Source: an uncultured Bacilli bacterium (lineage in GTDB: Bacteria > Bacillota_I > Bacilli_A > RF39 > UBA660). From it: a DNA stretch of 64,000 nucleotides. Of this stretch, positions 54,246 to 64,000 are shown piece by piece. The notes beneath the pieces were generated by a model. The model was not told the origin of the DNA and made no database searches. It saw only the letters and a program-made list of their open reading frames with translations. The position numbers and the translations under genes are program-made. The stretch spans positions 215,633-279,632 of the forward strand of contig CAKOMW010000001.1 of NCBI GenBank assembly GCA_934096805.1. The letters run 5' to 3'. The first letter of the stretch is position 1; each line of letters opens with the position of its first letter.

Positions 54246-57200
54246 TGATAGAGGTTAATAAGATTGAGGCTTTAAAAATTGGTATTGCATCTCCTGATAA
54301 GATAAGAGAATGGTCATATGGTGAAGTTAAAAAGCCTGAAACTATTAATTATCGTACTTTAAGACCTGAAAGAGATGGATTATTTTGTGAAAAAATCTTT
54401 GGTCCTACTAAGGATTTTGAATGTGCATGTGGTAAATATAAACGTGTAAAATATAAAAATATCGTTTGTGATAGATGTGGTGTTGAAGTTACTCGTTCTA
54501 AAGTTAGACGTGAAAGAATGGGTCATATTGAACTTGCTACACCTGTATCTCATATTTGGTATTTTAAGGGTATTCCATCTCGTATGGGTACTGTGCTTGA
54601 TATGAGTCAAAGAGATTTAGAAGAAGTACTATACTTTGTTTCTTATGTAGTTATTGATAAGGGTATTGCACCTTTAGAAAATAAGCAAACATTATCTGAA
54701 AAGGAATATCGTGCATATTATGAAAAATATGGTGATGGTTTCAAAGTAGGAATGGGTGCTGAAGCTATTAAGGAATTATTAAAGAAAGTTGATCTTGGTA
54801 AAGAAATAGAAGATATTCGTAAGAAACTTGAAACTGCTCAAGGTCAAAAAAGAACTAGTTTATTAAAGAGACTTGATATATTAGATGCTTTTTATACATC
54901 TGGTAATAAGCCTGAATGGATGATTTTGGATGTTATACCTGTTATACCTCCTGAACTTCGTCCAATGATTCAATTAGATGGTGGTAGATTTGCTACTTCT
55001 GATTTGAATGATTTATATAGAAGGGTTATTAATAGAAATAATCGTTTGAAAAGACTTATTGATTTAGGTGCTCCATCTATTATTATTCAAAATGAAAAAC
55101 GTATGCTTCAAGAAGCAGTTGACGCTTTATTTGACAATGGTAGAAGGGGTAAAAGTGTTACTGGTGCAGGAAATCGTCCTCTTAAGTCACTTTCTAGTAT
55201 GTTAAAAGGTAAACAAGGTAGATTTAGACAAAACTTACTTGGTAAGCGTGTTGATTATTCAGGACGTTCAGTAATTGTTGTTGGACCTAGTTTAAAAATG
55301 TATCAATGTGGTCTTCCTAAGGGAATGGCACTTGAACTTTTCAAACCTCATGTAATTAATGGATTGGTTGAAAAGGATATTGCTCATAATATTAAGGCTG
55401 CTAAAAGGCTTATTGATAATCAAGATGAAAGAGTTTGGGATGTTGTTGAAGAAGTAATTAAAGAACATCCAGTTATGCTTAATAGAGCTCCTACTCTTCA
55501 TAGGTTAGGTATTCAAGCATTTGAACCTAAGTTAATTGGTGGTAAGGCTATTCGTCTACATCCACTTGTATGTCCAGCTTTTAATGCGGATTTCGATGGA
55601 GACCAAATGGCAGTTCACGTACCAATTAGTGAAGAAGCTCAAGCTGAAGCTAGATTGTTAATGCTTGGTGCAAATAACATTCTTCATCCAAAAAGTGGGG
55701 AACCGGTTGTTACTCCTGCTCAAGATATGGTTTTAGGTAATTATTACTTAACTATGGAAAAGAAGGATGAAGTTAATGAAGGTAGGGTATTTAAGGATGC
55801 TAATGAAGCTCTTATGGAATATGATAGAGGGGATTTACCTCTTCATACAAGGATTGCTATTAGGGTTGATTCATTTAAACATAAATTATTTACTGAAGAA
55901 CAAAGTGGTAAATATTTAATTACTACTGTTGGTAAAATTAAGTTTAATGAAATATTACCTGATACATTCCCATATATTAATGAACCTACTAAGGAAAATA
56001 TTGAAACAATTACTCCAAATAAGTATTTTGTGGATAAAGGTGTTGATATTAAGAAGGCTATTAGTGAAATGCCTTTAGTTAGTCCATTCCCTGTTAAGAC
56101 TTTGAAGGATATAATTGCTCAAATATTTAAGCTTTATAAAACTACTGAGACTTCTATTATGCTTGATAGATTGAAGGATTTAGGATTTAAGTATTCAACT
56201 ATAAGTGGTACAACTGTTTCTGTTTATGATGTTGCTACTAGTAGTTCTAAACCTCAAATTATTGCAGATGGTAAGAAAATGGTTGATAAGATTAATAAAC
56301 AATATGCAAGAGGTTTGATTACTGAAGAAGAAAGATATGAAAATGTTATTAATACTTGGTATAAAGCTAAGGATCAAGTTCAAGCTGAACTTCAAGCTAT
56401 TGCGGATTCTTCTTTAGAAAATCCAATATTTATGATGATGAAGTCTGGTGCTCGTGGTAAGATTTCACAATTCGTGCAACTTTCTGGTATGCGTGGTCTT
56501 ATGGCTAAACCTGGTGGAAAAACTATTGAAATACCAGTTATATCTTCATTTAAAGAAGGGTTAACTGTATCTGAGTTCTTCTTATCAACTCATAGTGCTC
56601 GTAAAGGTAGTGCGGATACTGCGCTTAATACAGCATCATCTGGATATTTAACAAGAAGACTTGTAGATGTTTCTCAAGATGTAATTGTTAAGGAACATGA
56701 TTGTGGTACTGATTTTGGTGTTACAGTTATGCCATTTATCAATGATAAAGATAATACTGTTATTGAAGGATTATATGATAGAATTGTTGGTAGATATACT
56801 AGTAAAAAAGTTATTAATCCTGAGACTAAGGAAGTTATTGTTGATAAAGATGAAATGATTACTGAAAAACTTGCTGAAAAGATTGTGGCTTCTGGTGTTA
56901 CTTCAGTGGAAATTAGAAATGTTCTTACATGTAATACTAAGAATGGTGTTTGTCAAAAATGTTATGGTAGAAATCTTGCTACTGGTAACTTGGTTGAAAT
57001 TGGTGAAGCTGTTGGTATAATGGCTGCTCAATCAATTGGTGAACCTGGTACACAACTTACCATGAGAACATTCCATACTGGTGGTGTTGCAGGTGGAGAA
57101 GATATTACTCAAGGGTTACCACGTGTTGAAGAATTGTTCGAAGCTCGTAATCCTAAAGGACAAGCTGCTATTGCTACGATTGATGGTAAGGTTAAAGAAA

Positions 57201-57877
57201 TTCATGAAGATCATGGAAAATATAGAATTATTATTAAGAATAAACTTGAAGAAAGTGAACATATTACTAATTATGGTGCAAAACTTCGTGTTTCTAAGGG
57301 CGATGTAGTATCTGTTGGTGATAAGTTGACTGAAGGTAATATTAGTCCAAGGGAACTTCTTGCGGTTACTGATAGAATTACTGCTCAAGAGTATATCTTA
57401 AAAGAAATCCAAAAAGCATATCGTGCTCAAGGTGTAGATATTTCTGATAAGCATATTGAAGTTGTCGTAAGTAGAATGATTTCTAAAATTAGAATTGCTG
57501 ATGGAGGAGATACTAAGTTCTTGATTGGTTCGGTTGTTGGAATTAGAGAATTTACCGATGTAAATAAAGAAGCAATTCTTAATGGTAAAAAGCCTGCGGT
57601 TGGTAAGCCAATTCTTCTTGGTATTACTAAGGCTGCTTTAGAGACTGAATCATTCTTATCTGCAGCATCGTTCCAAGAAACAACAAGGGTACTTACTGAT
57701 GCTTCAATTAAGGGTAAGGTTGATACTTTACAAGGTCTTAAAGAAAATGTTATTATTGGTAAACTTATTCCTGCGGGGACTGGTGCTAAACAATATAGGG
57801 ATGTTTCTTATGAACTTAAGAATCAACTTATGGAAGAAGAAGCAATGGATGCTTTGGAGGATGATTTAATGGAATAG
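54245..57877 (+). CDS. rpoC: DNA-directed RNA polymerase beta' subunit
   Basis: Zinc-binding CACGKYK...CDRCGVEV, the catalytic NADFDGDQM, and trigger-loop and bridge-helix regions. Confidence 0.98.
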   Translation: MIEVNKIEALKIGIASPDKIREWSYGEVKKPETINYRTLRPERDGLFCEKIFGPTKDFECACGKYKRVKYKNIVCDRCGVEVTRSKVRRERMGHIELATPVSHIWYFKGIPSRMGTVLDMSQRDLEEVLYFVSYVVIDKGIAPLENKQTLSEKEYRAYYEKYGDGFKVGMGAEAIKELLKKVDLGKEIEDIRKKLETAQGQKRTSLLKRLDILDAFYTSGNKPEWMILDVIPVIPPELRPMIQLDGGRFATSDLNDLYRRVINRNNRLKRLIDLGAPSIIIQNEKRMLQEAVDALFDNGRRGKSVTGAGNRPLKSLSSMLKGKQGRFRQNLLGKRVDYSGRSVIVVGPSLKMYQCGLPKGMALELFKPHVINGLVEKDIAHNIKAAKRLIDNQDERVWDVVEEVIKEHPVMLNRAPTLHRLGIQAFEPKLIGGKAIRLHPLVCPAFNADFDGDQMAVHVPISEEAQAEARLLMLGANNILHPKSGEPVVTPAQDMVLGNYYLTMEKKDEVNEGRVFKDANEALMEYDRGDLPLHTRIAIRVDSFKHKLFTEEQSGKYLITTVGKIKFNEILPDTFPYINEPTKENIETITPNKYFVDKGVDIKKAISEMPLVSPFPVKTLKDIIAQIFKLYKTTETSIMLDRLKDLGFKYSTISGTTVSVYDVATSSSKPQIIADGKKMVDKINKQYARGLITEEERYENVINTWYKAKDQVQAELQAIADSSLENPIFMMMKSGARGKISQFVQLSGMRGLMAKPGGKTIEIPVISSFKEGLTVSEFFLSTHSARKGSADTALNTASSGYLTRRLVDVSQDVIVKEHDCGTDFGVTVMPFINDKDNTVIEGLYDRIVGRYTSKKVINPETKEVIVDKDEMITEKLAEKIVASGVTSVEIRNVLTCNTKNGVCQKCYGRNLATGNLVEIGEAVGIMAAQSIGEPGTQLTMRTFHTGGVAGGEDITQGLPRVEELFEARNPKGQAAIATIDGKVKEIHEDHGKYRIIIKNKLEESEHITNYGAKLRVSKGDVVSVGDKLTEGNISPRELLAVTDRITAQEYILKEIQKAYRAQGVDISDKHIEVVVSRMISKIRIADGGDTKFLIGSVVGIREFTDVNKEAILNGKKPAVGKPILLGITKAALETESFLSAASFQETTRVLTDASIKGKVDTLQGLKENVIIGKLIPAGTGAKQYRDVSYELKNQLMEEEAMDALEDDLME

Positions 57878-57967
57878 ACTTAGGTCTGTTCTTTTTTTGT
57901 TTGTTTTTTGTTTGTTTTAGTGTATAATATAGTTGGGTTTTATTACTTTTTGAGATGGATTGGTGAT

Positions 57968-58918
57968 ATGATGAATAAAAAAGTTGTTGTTTTTGGAGGA
58001 GGAACGGGAATTAGTTATTTGCTTCGTGGTCTTAATTTGTTTCCTGTAGATATTACGGCGGTTATTACTGTTTCAGATGATGGAGCTTCGACTGGTAAAC
58101 TTCGTGAGGAATTTTCTATGCCTGGTATGGGTGATATTAGGAAGGCTATTGTTAGTTTGTCTGATTCTTCTTCTGAAATAAAAGATTTGTTTAATTATAG
58201 ATTTAATACTTATAGTGATTTGAATGGACATCCGATTGGTAATCTTATTCTTACTGCTATGTATAATATGACAGGGAGTCTTTCTTCTAGTATAAAAGTA
58301 CTTAGTGATTTTTTAGATGTAAAGCATAAGGTTCTTCCTTTGTCTGAGGATTATCTTACGTTGATGGCTGAGACTGTTGATGGAAAGATTGTAAGTGGTG
58401 AGAAGAATATTCCTGATGTGGAACATAGGTATAAGAGATTTTTTTATAAAGAGGTGCCTCATGTATCTAGTGAAGTTGTTGATGCTATTAAGAATGCTGA
58501 TCTTATTGTTTTTAGTATTGGTAGTTTATATACTAGTATTATTCCTCATCTTATTGCTCCAGAGGTTATTCGTGCAATTGATAAAAGTAAGGCTAGAATT
58601 TTATATACTTGTAATGCTGCGATTCAAAAAGGGGAAACTGATGATTATACTGTTGGAGATCATGTTGCTATTCTTAATGAGTATCTTGGTAAGAAGAAGG
58701 TTGATGCTGTTTTAGTGTCTAATACGGTTATTCCTAAGAAGATTATTGATAGGTATGTTAGGTATGAAAATAAAGAGCTTGTTAAGATTGATATGGATTA
58801 TTTAAAGAGTCTTGGATGTGAGGTTTTGTCTTCTGATTTACTTACAATTGAAGATAATTATATAAGGCATGATAGTATGAAGCTTGCTACTGCTATTTTT
58901 AATTATTTGATGAGGTGA
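57968..58918 (+). CDS. yvcK: YvcK/GlmR (CofD-like, UPF0052) gluconeogenesis/cell-shape factor
   Basis: VVVFGGGTGISYLLRGL, VSDDGASTGKLR and GSLYTSIIP. Followed by whiA. Confidence 0.87.
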   Translation: MMNKKVVVFGGGTGISYLLRGLNLFPVDITAVITVSDDGASTGKLREEFSMPGMGDIRKAIVSLSDSSSEIKDLFNYRFNTYSDLNGHPIGNLILTAMYNMTGSLSSSIKVLSDFLDVKHKVLPLSEDYLTLMAETVDGKIVSGEKNIPDVEHRYKRFFYKEVPHVSSEVVDAIKNADLIVFSIGSLYTSIIPHLIAPEVIRAIDKSKARILYTCNAAIQKGETDDYTVGDHVAILNEYLGKKKVDAVLVSNTVIPKKIIDRYVRYENKELVKIDMDYLKSLGCEVLSSDLLTIEDNYIRHDSMKLATAIFNYLMR

Positions 58919-58922
58919 TTTT

Positions 58923-59852
58923 ATGTCATTTGCGACTTTGGTTAAAAATGAGGTTTGTTCTTTAGAGTATAATGATGGTGAAGCTATTCGTTTGCTCTCT
59001 GGTTTTGTTCGTAATAATTATAGTTTGTTTGGTGAAAAGCTTATTTTAAGTTCTGAAAATGCTAAGATTGCAAGGTTTTTATTTAGTCTTTTTAAACGTA
59101 TTTATGGAGTTAATGTTGATATTGTACAGGGTGGTGTGAATAATTTTAATAAAAAAAATTCTTATAATATAATTATTGGTGAAAGGGTTAAGTATATTCT
59201 TAATGATTTGATGATTATTGATTTTGACGGTAATTCTGTTTCTTTAGATAATTTGTTTTTAAGTACTGATTTTTTTAAGAGGGCTTATCTTAGTGGTTGT
59301 TTTCTTGCTTCAGGAAGTGTTAATGATCCAAAGACTTCAAGGTATCATTTAGAGTTTTTAGTTGATAGGGTTTATGATGCGGAGTTTATTTGTTCTTTAC
59401 TTGGTGAGTTTTATATAAATAGTAAGATTATTGATAGAGATAGGGGTTATATGGTTTATGTAAAAGAGGCAGAAAAAATAGGTGATTTTTTAAGGCTTAT
59501 TAGTGCTAATAATGCTGTTATGTATTATGAAGATATAAGAATATATAGGGATCATAAAAATATGACTAATCGTCTTAATAATTGTGAACAAGCAAATGTT
59601 GATAAGATTATTGGTGCCTCTTCAAAGCAGATAGAAGATATTAACATTATTGTTGATAAGTTAGGTCTTTCTTTAGTTGATGAAAAGCTTCGTGATGTTA
59701 TTTCTTATCGTTTGAAGTATCCGGAGGTTTCTCTTGGTGAGCTTAGTGAAATTATTTCTTATGAGACGGGGAAGCCTCTTACAAAGTCTGGTCTTAGTCA
59801 TCGTTTTAGGAAAATTCATGAGATTGCTAGTCGTTTTGTTGATGATAAATAA
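58923..59852 (+). CDS. whiA: DNA-binding sporulation/cell-division regulator WhiA
   Basis: MSFATLVKNE, degenerate LAGLIDADG-like repeats (RAYLSGCFLASGSVNDP), and a C-terminal HTH (KSGLSHRFRKI). Confidence 0.9.
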   Translation: MSFATLVKNEVCSLEYNDGEAIRLLSGFVRNNYSLFGEKLILSSENAKIARFLFSLFKRIYGVNVDIVQGGVNNFNKKNSYNIIIGERVKYILNDLMIIDFDGNSVSLDNLFLSTDFFKRAYLSGCFLASGSVNDPKTSRYHLEFLVDRVYDAEFICSLLGEFYINSKIIDRDRGYMVYVKEAEKIGDFLRLISANNAVMYYEDIRIYRDHKNMTNRLNNCEQANVDKIIGASSKQIEDINIIVDKLGLSLVDEKLRDVISYRLKYPEVSLGELSEIISYETGKPLTKSGLSHRFRKIHEIASRFVDDK

Positions 59853-59864
59853 AAAAACCTAGGG

Positions 59865-60782
59865 TTATTTTGTAAATAACTTATCTAGGTTTTTCTTTGG
59901 TAGAAGCATGTTGAAGTTTTTATCGACGGTTATGGTGTATTCTTTTTTTTGTTCTTTTAGTTTTTCGCCGTCTACTGTCCAATTGTTTTTGACTTCATCT
60001 TTAAATTTTATTTCTATTTTATCTGTTGTATAGCAGTATAGTCCTGGTGCATTTGTTATACCAGTTTTTATTAACATTATTATTGTTTTTACAAGGTCTT
60101 TTCTTCTTGTTATGTTGCAGAATAGTACTTCTAGTTTGTTGTCGTCTAATTTTACATCTTTGTAGATGTTATTGAAACCAGCAATTCTGTTGGCGTTTGA
60201 GATTAAAATCAGAGAGTATAGACCGTGATATGTTTCGTTGTTTATTGTGTATTCTAATTCGTAAAGTTTTGTTTGTTGGAAGAATTCTTTGGCACCATTT
60301 ATTAGATAGGCAACATGGCCTAGTTTCTTTTTTAATTTTCGTGATGTTTGATAGGGAACGTTTATAAATTTTCCGAAGCCTGTTACATATACAAATGGTT
60401 GATTATTTATTAGTCCTAGGTCGACTTGTCTTATTTCTCCGGATAGAATTTCTTTTATGTTTTTGGTTATGTTTTTGCCTAATCCTAGCATAGCACCGAT
60501 ATCGTTAGTTGTACCGACGGGAATGTGGGATAGGACTAGTTTTTCTTGTCTCATAAAGTTTCCGGTTACGATTTCATTGAATGTTCCGTCTCCTCCGATT
60601 GAAAGGACAAGGTCTGTTTTTTTGATATTTTTGACGTGGGTTTTAGCATCTCCACTTTTTTCTGTAATGAACAGGTTTACTTTATAGTCAAAAGTAGTTA
60701 TGGTATTAATTATTTTGTTTAGTTCTTTTTTTGTAATACCTTTTCCACTTTCTAGATTACAAATTAGTTCACATGTTTTCAT
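59865..60782 (-). CDS. Diacylglycerol/lipid kinase (YegS/BmrU/DagK family)
   Basis: The DAGK catalytic domain LVLSIGGDGTFNEIV and PVGTTNDIG. Confidence 0.82.
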   Translation of the reverse strand: MKTCELICNLESGKGITKKELNKIINTITTFDYKVNLFITEKSGDAKTHVKNIKKTDLVLSIGGDGTFNEIVTGNFMRQEKLVLSHIPVGTTNDIGAMLGLGKNITKNIKEILSGEIRQVDLGLINNQPFVYVTGFGKFINVPYQTSRKLKKKLGHVAYLINGAKEFFQQTKLYELEYTINNETYHGLYSLILISNANRIAGFNNIYKDVKLDDNKLEVLFCNITRRKDLVKTIIMLIKTGITNAPGLYCYTTDKIEIKFKDEVKNNWTVDGEKLKEQKKEYTITVDKNFNMLLPKKNLDKLFTK

Positions 60783-60812
60783 AGCATCACCGTTTTAATT
60801 ATATCTGATATT

Positions 60813-61391
60813 TTATTTATTTTCAATTATTTTATCGATTATGCCATATTCTTTGGCTTCTTTTGCTTCTAAAAAATAGTCTCTTTCAGTATCTTGTTCT
60901 ATTTTTTCTAGTGGTTGATTGGTGTTTTTTGATAAAATTTTGTTTAGTTTATCTTTGAGTTTTAGTATTCTTGTGGCTGCGATTTTTATTTCTGTTGCTT
61001 GTCCTTGGGCTCCTCCGAGTGGTTGATGTATCATTACTTCGGCATTTTCTAAAATGTATCTTTTTCCTTTTGTACCACTTGAGAGAAGGAATGCGGCCAT
61101 TGATGCTGCCATGCCAACGCAGATTGTTGAAACGTCGCTTTTTATAATGTTCATTGTGTCGTATATAGCCATTCCTGATGTAATGGATCCTCCTGGTGAG
61201 TTAATGTAGATACTTATGTCATCGTGATTTTCTGAATCTAGATATAGTAGTTCTGCAACGATGATGTTTGAAGTGTTGTCGTCTATTTCGCCATTTAAAA
61301 TAATTATTCTGTCTTTTAGAAGTCTTGAATATATATCATAGCTTCTTTCTCCACCTTGTTCTTTTTCGATTACTACTGGAATTAAGTTCAT
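60813..61391 (-). CDS. clpP: ATP-dependent Clp protease proteolytic subunit
   Basis: [25 protein letters not shown], catalytic Ser in GMAASMAA, and His in MIHQP. ATG 61391 follows GGGTGA. Confidence 0.96.
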   Translation of the reverse strand: MNLIPVVIEKEQGGERSYDIYSRLLKDRIIILNGEIDDNTSNIIVAELLYLDSENHDDISIYINSPGGSITSGMAIYDTMNIIKSDVSTICVGMAASMAAFLLSSGTKGKRYILENAEVMIHQPLGGAQGQATEIKIAATRILKLKDKLNKILSKNTNQPLEKIEQDTERDYFLEAKEAKEYGIIDKIIENK

Positions 61392-61495
61392 TTTTATCAC
61401 CCTATTTATAAAATACTAAAATTTCTTAATAATATTCGTATTAAAATAGGACATTATGTGATAAAATATAATATATAGATAATAAGAGGTGTAAT

Positions 61496-63145
61496 ATGTC
61501 AAAGATTAATGTTAATATATTAGATAATGTATATTCTTATGATAAAGGTACTAAGTTGTCTGTTGTTGCTGATGATTTTAAGGATAAGTTTTCTTTTCCT
61601 ATTTTAGTAGCTTTTGTTGATAATGAAATTTGTGAACTTAAGACTTGTCTTGATAGGGATTGTACTGTTAGGTTTATTACGGTTATGGATCCGATTGGTA
61701 ATAGTATTTATCAAAAGGGTTTGATGTTTTTACTTGCTTATTCTTATAAGATGGTTTATGGTTCTTGTAGTACGCTTAAAGCGTGTCATTCTTTGGATAA
61801 AGGTATTAGGATGAAGAGTGATAATGCTTTGAATCTTTCTGATATTGCTATTCTTAAGAATAAAATGTTGGAGCTTGTTTCTAAGAATCTTAGTATTGAT
61901 AAGGTTTTAGTAGAAAAGAGTGCTGCGATTTCGTATTTTATAAATAATGGTGATATGGAAAAAGCTGATACTTTTAAATATTTGACAAATCATTATGTTA
62001 ATCTTTATAGAGTTGAAGATTATTATAATTATTTATTTAGTTTTATGCCTATTAGTACGGGTGTTTTTAAAGATTTTGATTTATTTTTAGTTGATGATAA
62101 TAATTTTGTTTTGAGATTTCCTGTTGTTGGGGATTCTAACATACCTGATTTTAATGTTTATGATAAGATTCTTGAAGCATTTAATATTTCTTATAAAAGA
62201 GGTAAGAAACTTGGAATATTTACTTCTTCGGATATAAATAAGATTGTTGCTCTTGGAGGAATTAATGATATTATAAAGATAACAGAGGTTATTTCTAGTA
62301 ATGATTTGCTTAATATAGCTAAGAATATATATAATCTTGGTGATAAAATTAAGGTTGTTTTGTTAGCTGGTCCTTCTTCTTCGGGTAAGACTAGTACTTC
62401 TAAAAAGTTGTCGATGTTCCTTAAGAGTTTTGGTTATAATCCTGTTTCTTTATCAATTGATGATTATTTTGTTGAGAGGGAAGAGACTCCTAAGCTTGAT
62501 AATGGGGATTATGATTTTGAAAGTGTTAAGGCTATTGATATTGAGCTTTTTAATGATAATTTAAATAGGCTTCTTAATGGGGAAGAGGTTAAGATACCGA
62601 CTTTTAATTTTAAGAAGGGTAAAAAAGAGTATCTTGGAAATACATTAAAACTTGGTGATTCTGATATACTAATTATTGAGGGTCTTCATGCGATTAATGA
62701 TGATCTTACATATGATGTTCCTAAGGATAGGAAGTATAAGATTTATATTTCTCCTCTTACTGATTTGAATATTGATAATTTGAATATGGTTTCTAATTCT
62801 GATATTAGACTTATTAGGAGAATTATTAGAGATAATAGGACGAGAGGTTATAGTGCGGAACATACAATTAATACATGGCAAAATGTAAGGCGTGGTGAGG
62901 AAAGTTATATATTTCCTTATCAGAATGATGTTGATGTTGTTTACAACAGTTCTCTTATTTACGAGATAGGAGTGCTTAAGCTTTATGTTTTACCGCTTCT
63001 TTATGAAATTGATAGTAGTTCTTCGGCTTATTCTGAAGCGGTTAGACTTATTAATTTCTTAGGCATGTTTACGACAATTAATAGTGATGAGATTCCTAGT
63101 GAATCGATTCTTAGAGAATTTATTGGTAATAGTTATTTTTTATAG
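61496..63145 (+). CDS. Uridine/nucleoside kinase-family protein with long N-terminal TGS/ThrRS-like extension
   Basis: The P-loop AGPSSSGKTSTSKKL at about aa 293, and a PRK/uridine-kinase-like core (IIEGLHA...RRIIRDNRTRG). About 280 N-terminal residues are unrelated to kinases. Confidence 0.7.
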   Translation: MSKINVNILDNVYSYDKGTKLSVVADDFKDKFSFPILVAFVDNEICELKTCLDRDCTVRFITVMDPIGNSIYQKGLMFLLAYSYKMVYGSCSTLKACHSLDKGIRMKSDNALNLSDIAILKNKMLELVSKNLSIDKVLVEKSAAISYFINNGDMEKADTFKYLTNHYVNLYRVEDYYNYLFSFMPISTGVFKDFDLFLVDDNNFVLRFPVVGDSNIPDFNVYDKILEAFNISYKRGKKLGIFTSSDINKIVALGGINDIIKITEVISSNDLLNIAKNIYNLGDKIKVVLLAGPSSSGKTSTSKKLSMFLKSFGYNPVSLSIDDYFVEREETPKLDNGDYDFESVKAIDIELFNDNLNRLLNGEEVKIPTFNFKKGKKEYLGNTLKLGDSDILIIEGLHAINDDLTYDVPKDRKYKIYISPLTDLNIDNLNMVSNSDIRLIRRIIRDNRTRGYSAEHTINTWQNVRRGEESYIFPYQNDVDVVYNSSLIYEIGVLKLYVLPLLYEIDSSSSAYSEAVRLINFLGMFTTINSDEIPSESILREFIGNSYFL

Positions 63146-63157
63146 GAGGATATAGTA

Positions 63158-64000
63158 ATGAAAGTAGCAATTAATGGTTTTGGGAGAATTGGAAGATTAC
63201 TTTTTAGGTTGATTGAAAATGAAAGTGATATTTCTGTTGTAGCAATTAATGATTTAGGTAGTGCTAAGGATCTTGCACATTTACTTAAGTATGATACAAC
63301 TCAAGGTAGTTATAGAATAGATGAGATTAGTTATGATGATGATTTTTTAATTGTTGGTGATAAAAGGATTAAGATTTTTTCTAGTACTGATCCTTTACTT
63401 CTGCCATGGGGAGAGCTTGGAGTTGATATCGTTTTAGAGTGCACTGGTAAGTTTGTTAAGTTAGAGGATGCATCTTTGCATATTAAGAGTGGAGCAAAGA
63501 AAGTAATTGTTTCTGCTCCTTGTAAGGGTGATGTAAAAACTATTGTTTATGGTGTTAATGATGACATTTTGGATGGTAGTGAAGTGGTTATAAGTGCCGC
63601 AAGTTGTACGACTAATTGTTTAGCTCCTGTGCTTAATCTTTTAAATAATAATTTTGGTATTAAGAGAGGTTATATGACAACGGTTCATGCTGTTACAAAT
63701 GATCAAGTTGTTTTGGATTGTGAACATAAGAAAGGAATTGAATCTAGAAGAGGTCGTGCTTCATTTATGAATATTGTTCCTACTTCAACTGGTGCTGCAT
63801 CTGGTATTGGAAAGGTTATACCGTCTTTGGAAGGAAAACTTGACGGTTCGGCACTTAGAGTTCCTGTTGGTACTGGTAGTGTGATTGATTTGGTGCTTGA
63901 ACTTGATAAAGAGGTTAGTGTTGATGAAATTAATTTGATGTTTAAGAATAATAGTAATGATACAATTCATTTTACGATGGATCCTATTGTTTCTAGTGAT
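63158..64000 (+). CDS. gap: Glyceraldehyde-3-phosphate dehydrogenase, N-terminal 281 codons (3' end outside window)
   Basis: ATG 63158 follows AGGAGG. MKVAINGFGRIGRLLFR and the catalytic ASCTTNCLAP. The frame is open to the window edge. Absent from the track because there is no stop in the window. Confidence 0.93.
   Translation, partial: MKVAINGFGRIGRLLFRLIENESDISVVAINDLGSAKDLAHLLKYDTTQGSYRIDEISYDDDFLIVGDKRIKIFSSTDPLLLPWGELGVDIVLECTGKFVKLEDASLHIKSGAKKVIVSAPCKGDVKTIVYGVNDDILDGSEVVISAASCTTNCLAPVLNLLNNNFGIKRGYMTTVHAVTNDQVVLDCEHKKGIESRRGRASFMNIVPTSTGAASGIGKVIPSLEGKLDGSALRVPVGTGSVIDLVLELDKEVSVDEINLMFKNNSNDTIHFTMDPIVSSD

Noticed and set aside
1-64000. An alternative genetic code (TGA = Trp, Mollicutes-like) suggested by the extreme AT-richness.
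   Set aside because: TGA terminates many well-aligned genes, e.g. rsmA at 7621-7623, yabG at 9453-9455 and yabP at 10377-10379. RF2 is present with the classic CTT TGA C frameshift. Conserved proteins read through cleanly under code 11.

Overview
This 64-kb window is a chromosomal segment of a very AT-rich endospore-forming Firmicute. GC is roughly 30% by eye, not computed. It looks Clostridia- or Erysipelotrichia-like, but the exact taxon cannot be told from sequence alone. The genetic code is standard: TGA is used as a stop, and RF2 is present with its TGA frameshift. Nearly all genes are on the + strand.

The backbone is the conserved origin-proximal housekeeping block of Firmicutes:
- metG-tatD
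- rsmA-(srtB)-yabG-veg-spoVG-yabP-yabQ-divIC-tilS-ftsH
- rpsF-ssb-rpsR-(DHH)-rplI-dnaB
- M23 hydrolase-walJ-rlmH
- rpoE
- prfA-prmC-spoIIR
- secA ... prfB-yitT x2-ftsEX-M23
- secE-nusG-rplKAJL-methyltransferase-rpoBC
- yvcK-whiA
- clpP
- gap

I saw no rRNA, tRNA, CRISPR array, transposase or integrase.

Three accessory patches stand out:
1. 2.7-6.8 kb: a six-gene locus built around a SipW-type signal peptidase. It has three divergent TasA/camelysin-like secreted proteins and two unknown membrane proteins, and is a candidate extracellular fibre system.
2. 14.6-17.3 kb: a thioester-domain/Cna-B surface adhesin with an IPETG sorting signal and its own sortase.
3. 35.9-41.0 kb: a ~5.1-kb variable island wedged between secA and prfB, which are normally adjacent. 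It holds a repeat-bracketed 395-aa orphan gene, a GC-rich patch ending in a decayed SEC-C (SecA C-terminus-like) fragment, a RhuM-family pseudogene, an internally duplicated orphan protein, and an NrtR-like Nudix regulator with a HAD hydrolase.

Patches 1 and 3 are my best candidates for an undescribed system. For the orphan genes I could not assign a function from sequence alone, and I say so in the entries.
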